Source of the DNA: Halomarina oriensis
GTDB lineage: Archaea > Halobacteriota > Halobacteria > Halobacteriales > Haloarculaceae
Length of the DNA: 64,000 nucleotides
Reading direction: 5' to 3'
Assembly (NCBI RefSeq): GCF_009791395.1
Contig: NZ_WSZK01000023.1
Location: forward strand, 22,665 to 86,664
This document shows, in pieces, positions 53,222 to 62,790 of this stretch. A program made the position numbers and the translations under genes. The stretch's first letter is position 1, and every line of letters begins with the position of its first letter. The notes beneath the pieces are model-generated. The model did not search any database, had not been told where the DNA came from, and worked only from the letters and a program-made list of their open reading frames with translations.

Positions 53222-54703
53222 ATGACCGCGCAGACGACCCAGTCGCGGGACCTCGCCGTCGTCATCGGACTGGAGGTCCACGTCCAGTTGGAGACGGCCA
53301 CCAAACTGTTCTGTGGCTGTTCGACGGACACCGCCGACGCCGACCCGAACACCCACACCTGCCCGACCTGCCTCGGTCTACCGGGGGCGCTCCCGGTCGT
53401 CAACGAGGCCGCAGTGGAGGCCGCCGTCAAGGTCGGCAAGGCGCTGGACGCCGACATCCCCGAGGAGACCCGGTTCCACCGGAAGAACTACTACTACCCC
53501 GACCTCCCCAAGAACTTCCAGATCACGCAGTACGACGAACCCATCTGCCAGCAGGGGAGCCTCGAGATCTCCGTCGCCGACGAAGAGCGCGGCATCGGCA
53601 TCGAACGCGCCCACCTCGAAGAGGACCCCGGCAGCCTGAGACACGAGGGCGGGGCCATCGACCGCGCGGAGTACACGATGGTCGACTACAACCGCGCCGG
53701 GATGCCGCTGATGGAAGTCGTCACCGACCCGGACTTCCGCTCGCCCGAGGAGGTCCGCGCGTTCCTCGAGAAACTGGAGGAGGTCCTGGAGTATCTCGGC
53801 GTGTTCGACGCCGAACGTGACGGCTCGCTGCGTATCGACGCGAACCTCTCGGTGGTGCCCGCCGAGGAGGTGGCCGACGACGGCACCATCCCGACGGACG
53901 TCCTCGCCGACGCCAATCGCACCGAGGTGAAGAACATCTCCAGTCACAAGGGGGCCGCGAAGGCGCTCAGCTACGAGGAGACCCGCCAGAAGAACGCCGT
54001 CCGTCGCGGGCGCGCGGTCGAACAGGAGACGCGCCACTGGGACGAGGGGCGGGGGATTACCGTCTCGATGCGGTCGAAAGAGGAGGAGAAGGACTACCGC
54101 TACTTCGCGGAGGCGGACCTCCCGCCGATGCGCGTCTCGGGGTGGAAAGCGGAGATCTCGATTCCGGAACTCCCCGACGCCCGGCGCGAGCGGTTCCGAA
54201 CGGAGTACGACCTCTCGACGGAGGAGGCGTCGAAGCTCACCTCCACGAAGCAGGTGGCGGACTTCTACGAGGAGTTGACCGACGAGTTCGACGCCGCGTT
54301 CGCCGCGCGGTGGGTCGTCGACCGCCTGCTCGGGGAGTTGAACTACCGCGACCGCACGCTCGACAGCGTGGACCGCGAGGCGTTCGTCCGCCTGCTCGAA
54401 CTGGTCGATTCGGACGACATCACCGTCAAGAACGCCGAGGAGGTCGTCCTGCGCGAGATGCTCGACGAGGGCCGGACCCCCGACGAAGTGGTCGACGCGG
54501 AGGGACTGGGCAAGACCTCGGGAGACGCCGTCGAGGAGGCCGTCGAGGAGGCCATCGCGGCGAACCCCGACGCCGTCGAGGACTACCACGACGGCGAAGG
54601 TGGCGCGCTCAACTTCCTCGTCGGACAGGTTATGGGGGCGACCGGCGGCAGCGCCGACCCCGGAACGGTCAACGAACTCCTCCGGTCGAAACTCGACGAC
54701 TGA
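53222..54703 (+). CDS. gatB: Asp-tRNA(Asn)/Glu-tRNA(Gln) amidotransferase subunit B, 493 aa
   Basis: GatB N-terminus (VIGLEVHVQL...KLFCGCS) and C-terminal GatB/YqeY domain. Internal Met MTAQTTQS of listed ORF 52535..54703. Confidence 0.88.
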   Translation: MTAQTTQSRDLAVVIGLEVHVQLETATKLFCGCSTDTADADPNTHTCPTCLGLPGALPVVNEAAVEAAVKVGKALDADIPEETRFHRKNYYYPDLPKNFQITQYDEPICQQGSLEISVADEERGIGIERAHLEEDPGSLRHEGGAIDRAEYTMVDYNRAGMPLMEVVTDPDFRSPEEVRAFLEKLEEVLEYLGVFDAERDGSLRIDANLSVVPAEEVADDGTIPTDVLADANRTEVKNISSHKGAAKALSYEETRQKNAVRRGRAVEQETRHWDEGRGITVSMRSKEEEKDYRYFAEADLPPMRVSGWKAEISIPELPDARRERFRTEYDLSTEEASKLTSTKQVADFYEELTDEFDAAFAARWVVDRLLGELNYRDRTLDSVDREAFVRLLELVDSDDITVKNAEEVVLREMLDEGRTPDEVVDAEGLGKTSGDAVEEAVEEAIAANPDAVEDYHDGEGGALNFLVGQVMGATGGSADPGTVNELLRSKLDD

Positions 54704-54815
54704 CCGCTGCCACCGACCACCCCGACCACGGACACGCGTCCCGGTCGTTACGAGACGGACAGCACTGTCACGATACGTACATCAGCGGCCAACACTGCCC
54801 ATCGGGGAGCCGCAG

Positions 54816-54821
54816 ATATTT
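54816..54821 (+). promoter_or_regulatory. TATA-like ATATTT, 26-31 nt upstream of the ATG at 54847
   Basis: AT-rich patch 54800-54846 after the gatB stop. Confidence 0.3.
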
Positions 54822-54846
54822 GTACCAAGAGGATTTATGAAGAGCA

Positions 54847-55455
54847 ATGTCAGGGCTGTTGCCTACTAGCACGGATGCCAGCTCTGAGCAGGAGGGGGAC
54901 CCCCGGATGTTCTGGCTCGACGGCGAGGACACCGGCGAACTACTCTCCTCGCTCTCTTCGGATACGGCCCGTGCTATCTTGATGTCCCTGCACGAGGACC
55001 CCGCGACGGCCTCGGAGGTGGCCGGTCGCGTCGACACCTCGTTGCAGAACGCCCGTCACCACCTCACCAACCTCCAGGAGGCCGGCCTCGTCCGCGTCGC
55101 AGACACCCGGTACTCCCAGAAGGGCCGCGAGATGAACGTCTACGCGCCCAGCGAGGAGCCACTGGTTGTCTTCGTCGGCAACGAGGAGCGCAAGACGAGC
55201 TTCCTCGACTCGCTGAAGGGACTGGTCGCCGCCGTCGGCATCCTCGGGATGGTGAGCTACGTCGTCCAGCAACTCGTCGTCACCGACGCCGTCCAGTCGG
55301 AGGTGTTCCCACGGATGGCCGACGGTGCGACGGGCGTGACCGGCGGGCCGCTCCTGGCCCCGCCCGGTCTCGTCTTCTTCGCGGGAGGCCTGCTGGTGCT
55401 CGGGTTGCTGCTCGTGTATCGTCGCTGGCAACGCGTGAGCACGCCGACGGTCTGA
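54847..55455 (+). CDS. Membrane-anchored ArsR-type winged-HTH regulator (N-terminal wHTH, 2-3 C-terminal TM helices), 202 aa
   Basis: HTH TARAILMSLHEDPATASEVAGRVDTSLQNARHHLTNLQEAGLV. C-terminal TMs LVAAVGILGMVSYVVQQLVV and LVFFAGGLLVLGLLLVY. The stop is 6 nt before the protease gene. Confidence 0.6.
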   Translation: MSGLLPTSTDASSEQEGDPRMFWLDGEDTGELLSSLSSDTARAILMSLHEDPATASEVAGRVDTSLQNARHHLTNLQEAGLVRVADTRYSQKGREMNVYAPSEEPLVVFVGNEERKTSFLDSLKGLVAAVGILGMVSYVVQQLVVTDAVQSEVFPRMADGATGVTGGPLLAPPGLVFFAGGLLVLGLLLVYRRWQRVSTPTV

Positions 55456-55461
55456 CGCGCG

Positions 55462-57042
55462 ATGATTCCTCGTCGCGTGGTGGTGGTCGCGGTGGTCTGT
55501 GCGCTGGTACTCACACCGGTCACACACGTTCCGACCCCGACGAACGACCACGTGACGGACTTCGACGCCGGAATCCAGTCGGAGCTCCTCGAACAGCGCC
55601 AGCCGGAGCCACCGACCGTCGCGTCACGAGCCAACGTCGTCTTACGGTTGAAAGGAACCGCCGACCTCCCCGGTAGCGTCGCCGTCGACGTCGACCGGAG
55701 CTACACACGCGAGGGCGACCGTATCGTCGAGGGGTCGATGGCCTACGAGAACATCCGACAGTTGACGCGGGACCCACGTATCACGTCGGTCAGCATCACC
55801 GGAGCGAGCGTCGAAGCCGACGACAGCGTCTCGTCCGGCGTCCGAGCCATCGGCGCGGACGCTCTCCACGAGGCGGGTGTCGTCGGCGAGAACGTCACCG
55901 TCGGCGTCATCGACAGCGACTTCCGGGTGAGCCACCCGGCCATCGCCGGGCACGACACGACCTACCGCTCGTTCGGGGGCGGCGGTGACTGGCGACACGG
56001 AACCGCCGTCGCCGGCGTCGTCGCCGACACCGCCCCCGGCGTCGACCTCCGGTTGGCGGCCGTCGGCCCGAGTAGTTCCCCCGAGGAGTACCGGGCGGCC
56101 GTCGACTGGCTGCTCGCTGGCGGCGCGGACGTCGTCGTCGACTCCGGGAGCTACTACGCCCAGCCCGGTGACGGGAGCGGGACGCTCGCACGTATCGCTA
56201 CCAACGCCTCCGAGGACGCGGTGTTCGTCACGAGCGCGGGCAACCACGCCAACCGCTACTGGGCGGGCAACTACACCGGTGGCGACTGGGTGAACTTCAC
56301 CGACACCGGCAGCCTCGACGACGCCGGCAACTACCTCAACGACGGCGAACCGTTCGCCGGCACCGTCGACGTCTCCGTCCGCTGGGACGGCTGGCCGACC
56401 ACCGATAGCGACTTCGACGTCCATCTCTACCGGCACGTCCCGAACGGCCGTGACGTGACGGTGGCGAAGGCCACCGACCACGACGGCCAACCGTTCGAGC
56501 ACCTCTCGAAGACGGTTCCACGCGGCCGCTACTACGTCGCCATCCACGCCAAGAACGTGAGTGCGGACCACCGCGTCGAACTGTTCGCCAGCCACTCGCT
56601 GGCCAACCGCTCGGCCGGTGGGACGACCGCACCCGCGAGCGCCGCGGGCGTCGTCTCCGTCGGCGCGATTCACGACGGGACGCTCCAGCCGTTCAGCGCC
56701 CAGACGAACGTCGACCTCGTCGCCCCCGACGACGTGACGCTCTCCGGGGCGACCATCGACGGCGGCACCTCCTTCGCCGCGCCCTACGTCGCGGGGATGG
56801 CCGCGCTGGTGACCGGCGCGAACCCCGACCTGAACGCGACGGAGGTCCGCGAGCGACTGTACGCGAACGCGACCGACTTCGGCGAGACGGGCGTCGACGA
56901 CGCGTCCGGCTACGGCGTGGTGTCGGCGGGCGGCGTCCTGACGGCGAGCAACACGACGGTGGCGGGCGGCGTGGCCGAGGAGACGGACGGCGCGACGACG
57001 ACACGAGCGACGACCCAGAGACCGGCCGACCGGGACGGCTGA
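55462..57042 (+). CDS. Secreted subtilisin-like serine protease (S8; halolysin-like) with N-terminal signal and C-terminal extension, 526 aa
   Basis: Catalytic triad contexts VGVIDSD, HGTAVAG and GTSFAAPYVAGMAAL. Signal MIPRRVVVVAVVCALVLTPV, possibly Tat-type. Confidence 0.85.
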   Translation: MIPRRVVVVAVVCALVLTPVTHVPTPTNDHVTDFDAGIQSELLEQRQPEPPTVASRANVVLRLKGTADLPGSVAVDVDRSYTREGDRIVEGSMAYENIRQLTRDPRITSVSITGASVEADDSVSSGVRAIGADALHEAGVVGENVTVGVIDSDFRVSHPAIAGHDTTYRSFGGGGDWRHGTAVAGVVADTAPGVDLRLAAVGPSSSPEEYRAAVDWLLAGGADVVVDSGSYYAQPGDGSGTLARIATNASEDAVFVTSAGNHANRYWAGNYTGGDWVNFTDTGSLDDAGNYLNDGEPFAGTVDVSVRWDGWPTTDSDFDVHLYRHVPNGRDVTVAKATDHDGQPFEHLSKTVPRGRYYVAIHAKNVSADHRVELFASHSLANRSAGGTTAPASAAGVVSVGAIHDGTLQPFSAQTNVDLVAPDDVTLSGATIDGGTSFAAPYVAGMAALVTGANPDLNATEVRERLYANATDFGETGVDDASGYGVVSAGGVLTASNTTVAGGVAEETDGATTTRATTQRPADRDG

Positions 57043-57044
57043 GG

Positions 57045-57536
57045 TCAGGCGTCGAGTCGTTCACGGACCGGCGGCCCGTCGTCCGCGGGCCGTGCTCGCG
57101 GGTCGACCCGGAGGAGGACGAGCAGGACGACCAGCGCCAGCGTCTCGGTGAGTTTCGAGACGCCTTCGAGCGGGTCCTGTGTCAGGTGTTCCCACGTGCT
57201 GTTCACGACGGCCGTGAAGCCGGTGCCGTGACTGTGGCCGAAGTTCGGCGCGGCGACGTTGTGGTAGACGAACCAGCCGAGCAGTTGCGCGAGCATGAAG
57301 CCGACGCCGAGCAGGTAGAGCGTCCGCCGGGAGACGAGGTCGACGCGGAACGCGACGATACCGGCACCCGTCCCGAGAATCGAGAGCACCATCAGCGCCG
57401 TCGCCAGTCGCGGGAACACGCCCGAGGCGGCGACGGCGACGACGTTCGCCCAGATGGAGTCGAGGTGGACCACCGCGTCGAGCACCACCAGTTGCAGGAG
57501 TACGAGGTGGGTGGCGTAGAGCAGATCGTCGTCCAT
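57045..57536 (-). CDS. Hypothetical 4-TM membrane protein, 163 aa
   Basis: Four hydrophobic helices. GC3-rich. Convergent with the protease gene, with stops 2 nt apart. Confidence 0.5.
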   Translation of the reverse strand: MDDDLLYATHLVLLQLVVLDAVVHLDSIWANVVAVAASGVFPRLATALMVLSILGTGAGIVAFRVDLVSRRTLYLLGVGFMLAQLLGWFVYHNVAAPNFGHSHGTGFTAVVNSTWEHLTQDPLEGVSKLTETLALVVLLVLLRVDPRARPADDGPPVRERLDA

Positions 57537-57713
57537 ACCCGCCCTCGGCGCTACGGGAATAAGTGACTGTCAGTTTCCGGCCGGCACGGCGGGCGACGGG
57601 CGGTGTCGGGAGTCGTCGACCCGTCCTCGTGACCCGCCACACACGTCCCGCGCCCGCGTGAGGGCGGGCGAGTGAGCGCACCCGTACACGCCGCACACGC
57701 GCGCAGTGGTGCG

Positions 57714-57730
57714 GTTTTCGCGGCGAAAAC
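57714..57730. repeat. Perfect inverted repeat GTTTTCGC-G-GCGAAAAC just upstream of the likely topA start. A second GC-rich palindrome CGCCCGC-GTGAGG-GCGGGCG lies at about 57651-57670.
   Basis: Read directly from the sequence. Lies in the 240-nt intergenic/5' region of topA. Confidence 0.8.
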
Positions 57731-57777
57731 GTTACGTAGTGGGTCGGCTTACCGACGCCAATGACCGACAGAGGTGG

Positions 57778-60270
57778 GTGTCCGTGGAACTGATCATCAC
57801 CGAGAAGGACAACGCGGCCCGTCGCATCGCCGAGATTCTCAGCGAGGGCGGCGCGAGCGTGGACCGACGCAACGGCGTTCCGGTGTACGAGTGGGGCGGC
57901 AAGCGCTGTATCGGCCTGTCGGGGCACGTCGTCGGCGTCGACTTCCCGCCGGAGTACAACGACTGGCGGGACGTCCGACCCGTCGAACTCGTCGACGCAC
58001 GGGTCGTCAAGACCGAAACCCAGGAGAACATCGTCGCGGCGCTGCGCTCGCTGGCCCGCGAGGCCGACAGCGCCATCATCGCCACCGACTACGACCGCGA
58101 GGGCGAACTCATCGGGAAGGAGGCGTACGAACTCGTCACCGACGAGAACGAGATACCCATCTCGCGGGTCCGGTTCTCCTCCATCACCGACCGCGAGGTC
58201 ACGAACGCCTTCGCCAACCCCGAGGACCTCGACTTCGACCTCGCGGCCTCGGGCGAGGCGCGCCAGATAATCGACCTGATGTGGGGCGCGGCGCTCACAC
58301 GGTTCCTCTCGCTGTCGGCGAAACAGCTGGGCAGCGACTTCATCTCCGTCGGCCGGGTCCAGTCGCCGACGCTGAAGCTCATCGTCGACCGCGAACGCGA
58401 GATCGAGGCGTTCGACCCCGAGGACTACTGGGAGCTGTTCGCCGACCTCGCCAGCGACCACGACGACGAACCGTTCGAGGCGCAGTACTTCCTCTACGAC
58501 GATGAGGACAACGAACAGGAACGCGTCTGGAACGAACCCGACGCCGACGCCGCCTTCGAGCAGTTGCAGACCGCGAGCGACGCGACGGTCGAGTCCGTCA
58601 ACCGCCGGACCCGAACGGACGACCCGCCCGCGCCGTTCAACACGACCCAGTACATCCGGGCCGCCGGCTCCATCGGCTACTCGGCCCAGCGCGCGATGAG
58701 CATCGCCGAGGACCTCTACACGGCCGGCTACATCACCTACCCCCGGACGGACAACACCGTCTACCCCGACGACCTGGACGAACGCGAACTCCTCGAACGG
58801 TTCGCCGAGCACGCGCGGTTCGGCGACGACGCCGAGTCGCTGCTCGACCGCGAGGACATCGAACCGACCAGCGGCGAAAAGGAGACGACCGACCACCCGC
58901 CCATCCACCCGACCGGCGAGTTCCCGACCGACATCTCCGACGACGAGTGGGACGTCTACGACCTCGTCGTCCGGCGGTTCTTCGCCACCTGTGCCGAACC
59001 CGCGGAGTGGGCACACCTGAAGGTCGTCGCGGACGCTTCGGGATGCTTGCTCAAAGCGAACGGCAAGCGCCTCGTCGAGGAGGGCTACCACGCGGTCTAC
59101 CCCTATCACTCGACGACGGAGAACTACGTGCCCGCCGTCGAGGAGGGCGAGACGCTCGCCGTCACCGACCCGCGCCAGGAGGCCAAGCAGACCCAGCCAC
59201 CCCGTCGCCGCGGGCAGTCGCGCATCATCGAGACGATGGAGAAGATGGGTATCGGGACGAAGGCGACCCGCCACGGGACGCTCCAGAAACTCTACGACCG
59301 GGGGTACATCGAGAACGACCCGCCGCGGCCGACGAAACTGGCGATGGGCGTCGTCGAGGCCGCAGAGCGGTTCGCGGACCTCGTCGTCAGCGAGGAGATG
59401 ACCGCACAACTGGAGTCGGACATGAGCGCCATCGCCGACGGTGAAGCGACCCTCGACGAGGTGACCGACGAGTCCCGCGCCATCCTCAAGCGCGTGTTCG
59501 CGGACCTCCACGAGTCACGCGACGAGGTCGGTGAACACCTCCGGAAGGCGCTGAAGGCCGACAAACTGCTCGGACCGTGTCCGGAGTGTGGCGAGGACGT
59601 ACTGGTGCGGCGTTCGCGCTACGGGTCGTACTTCGTCGGCTGTGACGGCTACCCCGACTGCGAGTACACGCTGCCACTCCCCTCCAACGGCGAACCGATG
59701 GTGCTCGACGAGGCCTGCGAGGAGCACGGCCTCCACGAGGTGAAGATGCTCGCCGGCCGGGACACCTACACCCACGGCTGCCCGCTCTGTCGGGCCGAGG
59801 AGGCCGACGACGCCGAGGACCGTATCATCGGCGAGTGTCCCGACTGCGGTTCGGAGGAGGGCGGAGAGTTGGCCATCAAGACGCTGCGCTCGGGGTCGCG
59901 GCTCGTCGGCTGTGTCCGCTACCCGGAGTGTGAGTACTCACTGCCGCTGCCCCGCAAGGGCGACATCGAGGTGACCGACGACTACTGCGAGGAACACGAC
60001 CTGCCGGAACTCGTCGTCCACAACGACGGGGACGACCCGTGGGAACTGGGCTGTCCCATCTGTAACTTCGCGGAGTACCAGGAGCGCACCGCGATGCGGA
60101 ACATCGAGGACCTGGACGGTGTGGGCGCGAAGACGGCCGAGAAACTCGCGGCGGCGGGCATCGAGAGCCTGGACGACCTGCGTACCGCGGAACCCGACGA
60201 CGTGGCCGGCGAGGTACAGGGCGTCAGCGCCGACCGAATCCGCGAGTGGCAGTCCCAGGCGGCGACCTGA
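57778..60270 (+). CDS. topA: DNA topoisomerase I (type IA) with four C-terminal zinc ribbons and a terminal HhH domain, about 830 aa. Start uncertain.
   Basis: Toprim N-terminus ELIITEKDNAARRIA. Active-site region GYITYPRTDN. Repeated Cx2C...Cx2C ribbons. C-terminal HhH IEDLDGVGAKTAEKLAAAGI. Possible starts are GTG 57778 or 57784. The listed upstream GTG at 57706 is also in frame. Confidence 0.88.
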   Translation: MSVELIITEKDNAARRIAEILSEGGASVDRRNGVPVYEWGGKRCIGLSGHVVGVDFPPEYNDWRDVRPVELVDARVVKTETQENIVAALRSLAREADSAIIATDYDREGELIGKEAYELVTDENEIPISRVRFSSITDREVTNAFANPEDLDFDLAASGEARQIIDLMWGAALTRFLSLSAKQLGSDFISVGRVQSPTLKLIVDREREIEAFDPEDYWELFADLASDHDDEPFEAQYFLYDDEDNEQERVWNEPDADAAFEQLQTASDATVESVNRRTRTDDPPAPFNTTQYIRAAGSIGYSAQRAMSIAEDLYTAGYITYPRTDNTVYPDDLDERELLERFAEHARFGDDAESLLDREDIEPTSGEKETTDHPPIHPTGEFPTDISDDEWDVYDLVVRRFFATCAEPAEWAHLKVVADASGCLLKANGKRLVEEGYHAVYPYHSTTENYVPAVEEGETLAVTDPRQEAKQTQPPRRRGQSRIIETMEKMGIGTKATRHGTLQKLYDRGYIENDPPRPTKLAMGVVEAAERFADLVVSEEMTAQLESDMSAIADGEATLDEVTDESRAILKRVFADLHESRDEVGEHLRKALKADKLLGPCPECGEDVLVRRSRYGSYFVGCDGYPDCEYTLPLPSNGEPMVLDEACEEHGLHEVKMLAGRDTYTHGCPLCRAEEADDAEDRIIGECPDCGSEEGGELAIKTLRSGSRLVGCVRYPECEYSLPLPRKGDIEVTDDYCEEHDLPELVVHNDGDDPWELGCPICNFAEYQERTAMRNIEDLDGVGAKTAEKLAAAGIESLDDLRTAEPDDVAGEVQGVSADRIREWQSQAAT

Positions 60271-60305
60271 GACGACGAGCCGAGGGCGGCGTGTGTCGGT
60301 CGGAG

Positions 60306-60620
60306 TCAGTTGGGGTTAGGAGCGTAGTCGAACCCGGAGTCGTTCTCGGCGACGGTGACGAAGATACGCTCGACGACCGCCCACTCCTGTCGGACCCGCT
60401 CGGAGGGGAGGTAGACCGCACCGTAGTCCTCGCCGCCGACCGTCACGATGCCGTTGTCCTGGAGGACGTCGAGGTGGTGTCTGACGGTCTTGTAGTCGAG
60501 GTCGAGCCGTTCTGCGAGTCGGTTGGCGTTCTGTGGGCGGTCGTGAATCGCCCTGAGGATGCGTGCGCGATTCGTCCCGCCGCGAGTACCGGTCAACACG
60601 TACCAGAGCGCAGCCTCCAT
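60306..60620 (-). CDS. ArsR-like winged-HTH transcriptional regulator, 104 aa
   Basis: LTGTRGGTNRARILRAIHDRPQNANRLAERLDLDYKTVRHHLDVLQDNGIV. Internal Met MEAALWY. Confidence 0.6.
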   Translation of the reverse strand: MEAALWYVLTGTRGGTNRARILRAIHDRPQNANRLAERLDLDYKTVRHHLDVLQDNGIVTVGGEDYGAVYLPSERVRQEWAVVERIFVTVAENDSGFDYAPNPN

Positions 60621-60731
60621 ACTACACCCCGAGGAGCGCGGACGGTAAAACGGGGGCGTGTCGTTGCAGCGGTTAGCGGCAACCATCGCCGTGTAGGCCG
60701 TGCGATACAGTTCGATAGTGAACGTCCGCGG

Positions 60732-61229
60732 TCAGACCAGCGTTCCGACCTTCTCGCGGGCCGCGTCGACGTAACCGCGGCTTAGCTGTCCGGCCAGGCC
60801 CGTCCAGTCGAGGTCCAGCCAGGTCTCGGCGACACGGTCACCTTCGTAGCGGTGGCGACCCCAGCCGTCGACGCTGAGTTCCGTCCCGCTCGGCGGGAGG
60901 GGGCCGACCCAGCCGTCGTGGGTCGCCTCGAACGTCCACTCGGTCTCGACCAGGTCCTCGGTGGAGTCGAGACGGTGGATGTCGAACCGGATGTCGGGGA
61001 ACGCTCGGAGGAACAGACCGGCGACACGCCGGTACCCGGTTCGCGTGACCGACCCGACGACGGGGAACCCGTGCCCCCGGTACTCGGGCAGGTAGAGGTC
61101 GGGGATGACGCTGGGGTCCTGGTCGTGCCAGACCTCCTGGAAATCGCGGCGACTGACGCGCTCGATGTCGGGCGACACGTCGACGGGGGCGTCGGCGGGC
61201 CGACCCTCGGCGTCGGAGCAGCGGGACAT
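60732..61229 (-). CDS. SnoaL-like ester/polyketide-cyclase-fold protein, 165 aa
   Basis: C-terminal FPDIRFDIHRLDSTEDLVETEWTFEATHDG pattern of PF07366. Only the C-terminal 165 aa of listed ORF 60732..62525 look real. Confidence 0.62.
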   Translation of the reverse strand: MSRCSDAEGRPADAPVDVSPDIERVSRRDFQEVWHDQDPSVIPDLYLPEYRGHGFPVVGSVTRTGYRRVAGLFLRAFPDIRFDIHRLDSTEDLVETEWTFEATHDGWVGPLPPSGTELSVDGWGRHRYEGDRVAETWLDLDWTGLAGQLSRGYVDAAREKVGTLV

Positions 61230-61364
61230 GTCACCGCGTCCACCGGGCCGTAGTATATCTCTCGGGGGAATCAGTGTAGCCCCCACAACCAGCCGTGCTA
61301 TACACATAGCCCCTCCAGCTGGTCGTGTCGAAGCCGTTTTGTCCGGCCGTTCGGTCCACCGAGT

Positions 61365-62081
61365 ATGAACCCGTGGACCGAGTGGGACCACATCGTGAAG
61401 GTCGACCCCGACAAGACGCTCTACGAGGACGAGACGTTCGAGGACGTCGTGGCGACCGGTACCGACGCCATCTCCGTCGGCGGGACGCTGGGGATGACCG
61501 AGGAGAAGATGGCCGAGTACGTCCGAGGCTGTATCGAGGCGACGCGAGCACACGACGTCCCCGTCTTCATCGAACCGTCCAGTGCGGGCGTCGTCGTTCA
61601 TCCCGACGGGTTGGAGGGATACCTCATCCCCATCGTCTTCAACGCCGGCGACATCGCGTGGATGACGGGCGTCCACAAGGAGTGGGCGCGAATCGACGAC
61701 GACATCGACTGGGCACACACTCACACCGAGGCGTACATCGTCATGAACGAGGAGGCGTCGGTAGCGGAGTACACGCAGGCGGACTGTGACCTCGCCCCGG
61801 ACGACGTCGCCGCCTACGCCGAAATCGCCGAGCAGATGTTCGGTCAGGACATCGTCTACGTGGAGTACTCGGGGACCCTCGGCGACACCGACGTCGTCGG
61901 GGCGGCCCACGACGCCCTCGACGACGCCACCCTGTTCTACGGTGGGGGCGTCCACGACTACGACTCGGCACACACGATGGGCCAGCACTCGGACGTCGTC
62001 GTGGTCGGTGACCTCGTCCACGACGCTGGCTGTGCGGCCGTGAGAGAGACTGTCGAGGGTGCAAACGACGCGAGAAACTAA
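61365..62081 (+). CDS. Geranylgeranylglyceryl phosphate synthase (GGGPS/PcrB family TIM barrel), 238 aa
   Basis: N-terminal [12 protein letters not shown] matches the PcrB/GGGPS start (EWKHVFKLDPNK type). Gly-rich phosphate-binding C-terminus (FYGGGV). Confidence 0.7.
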   Translation: MNPWTEWDHIVKVDPDKTLYEDETFEDVVATGTDAISVGGTLGMTEEKMAEYVRGCIEATRAHDVPVFIEPSSAGVVVHPDGLEGYLIPIVFNAGDIAWMTGVHKEWARIDDDIDWAHTHTEAYIVMNEEASVAEYTQADCDLAPDDVAAYAEIAEQMFGQDIVYVEYSGTLGDTDVVGAAHDALDDATLFYGGGVHDYDSAHTMGQHSDVVVVGDLVHDAGCAAVRETVEGANDARN

Positions 62082-62118
62082 CCCGTCATTATATACTCCT
62101 TGCTCACGCAGGGCTGAT

Positions 62119-62751
62119 ATGAGTCTCATCGCCGCCCACCGAGTCCAGTCGCCGACGCTGGCGATGGCCGAGACGCTCGCGGCGAGCGACGTGCAGTTGT
62201 CACTCGAACGGACGACAGCCACCTCGACCGACCGGTCACGGCTCCACTTCTGGGCGAACGGCGCGGACCTCGACGCCTTCGAGACGAACCTGCGGGCCGA
62301 CGACACCGTCGCCGACTTCGTCCGCCTCGACGAGGTGACCGACGAACGGCTGTACAGCGCCGCCGTCGACACGACTGCGACGCTCTCCGCCGTCGACGAG
62401 GAGTTCGACGCGATCTCCCTCAGCGTCCAGTACACCGACGGCTGGTGGCACACCGAGTCACGGTTCCCCGACGAGGACAGCCTCGACCGGTATCGGACGT
62501 GGCTCACCGACCGCGACGCGGACATCGAAGTCGAGAACGTCTACGTCGAGGACGTCTCCGACCGCGGGCCGAACCTCACGCGCCGCCAGCGCGAGACGGT
62601 CCTCCTCGCCTACGAGGAAGGGTTCTTCGAGGTCCCGCGACAGGCGACGCTGACGGACCTCGCCGTCGAGTTCGACGTGAGCGAACAGGCCATCAGCCAG
62701 CGCCTCCGCCGGGCGTACTCACGACTCGTCGCCGGGAGCTACGGGAAGTAA
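62119..62751 (+). CDS. Bat-like HTH_10 (bacterio-opsin-activator-type) DNA-binding protein, 210 aa
   Basis: C-terminal LTRRQRETVLLAYEEGFFEVPRQATLTDLAVEFDVSEQAISQRLRRAYSRLV is the HTH_10 consensus. Internal Met MSLIAAH. Confidence 0.65.
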   Translation: MSLIAAHRVQSPTLAMAETLAASDVQLSLERTTATSTDRSRLHFWANGADLDAFETNLRADDTVADFVRLDEVTDERLYSAAVDTTATLSAVDEEFDAISLSVQYTDGWWHTESRFPDEDSLDRYRTWLTDRDADIEVENVYVEDVSDRGPNLTRRQRETVLLAYEEGFFEVPRQATLTDLAVEFDVSEQAISQRLRRAYSRLVAGSYGK

Positions 62752-62790
62752 ATCCGACCCACTTTAGCCGCTCGACCGACAGGCTGGCGT

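Noticed and set aside
57061-59511. 816-aa minus-strand ORF
   Set aside because: Antisense to topA. Extremely Arg/Gly/Pro/Val-rich with no motifs. A typical high-GC antisense artefact.
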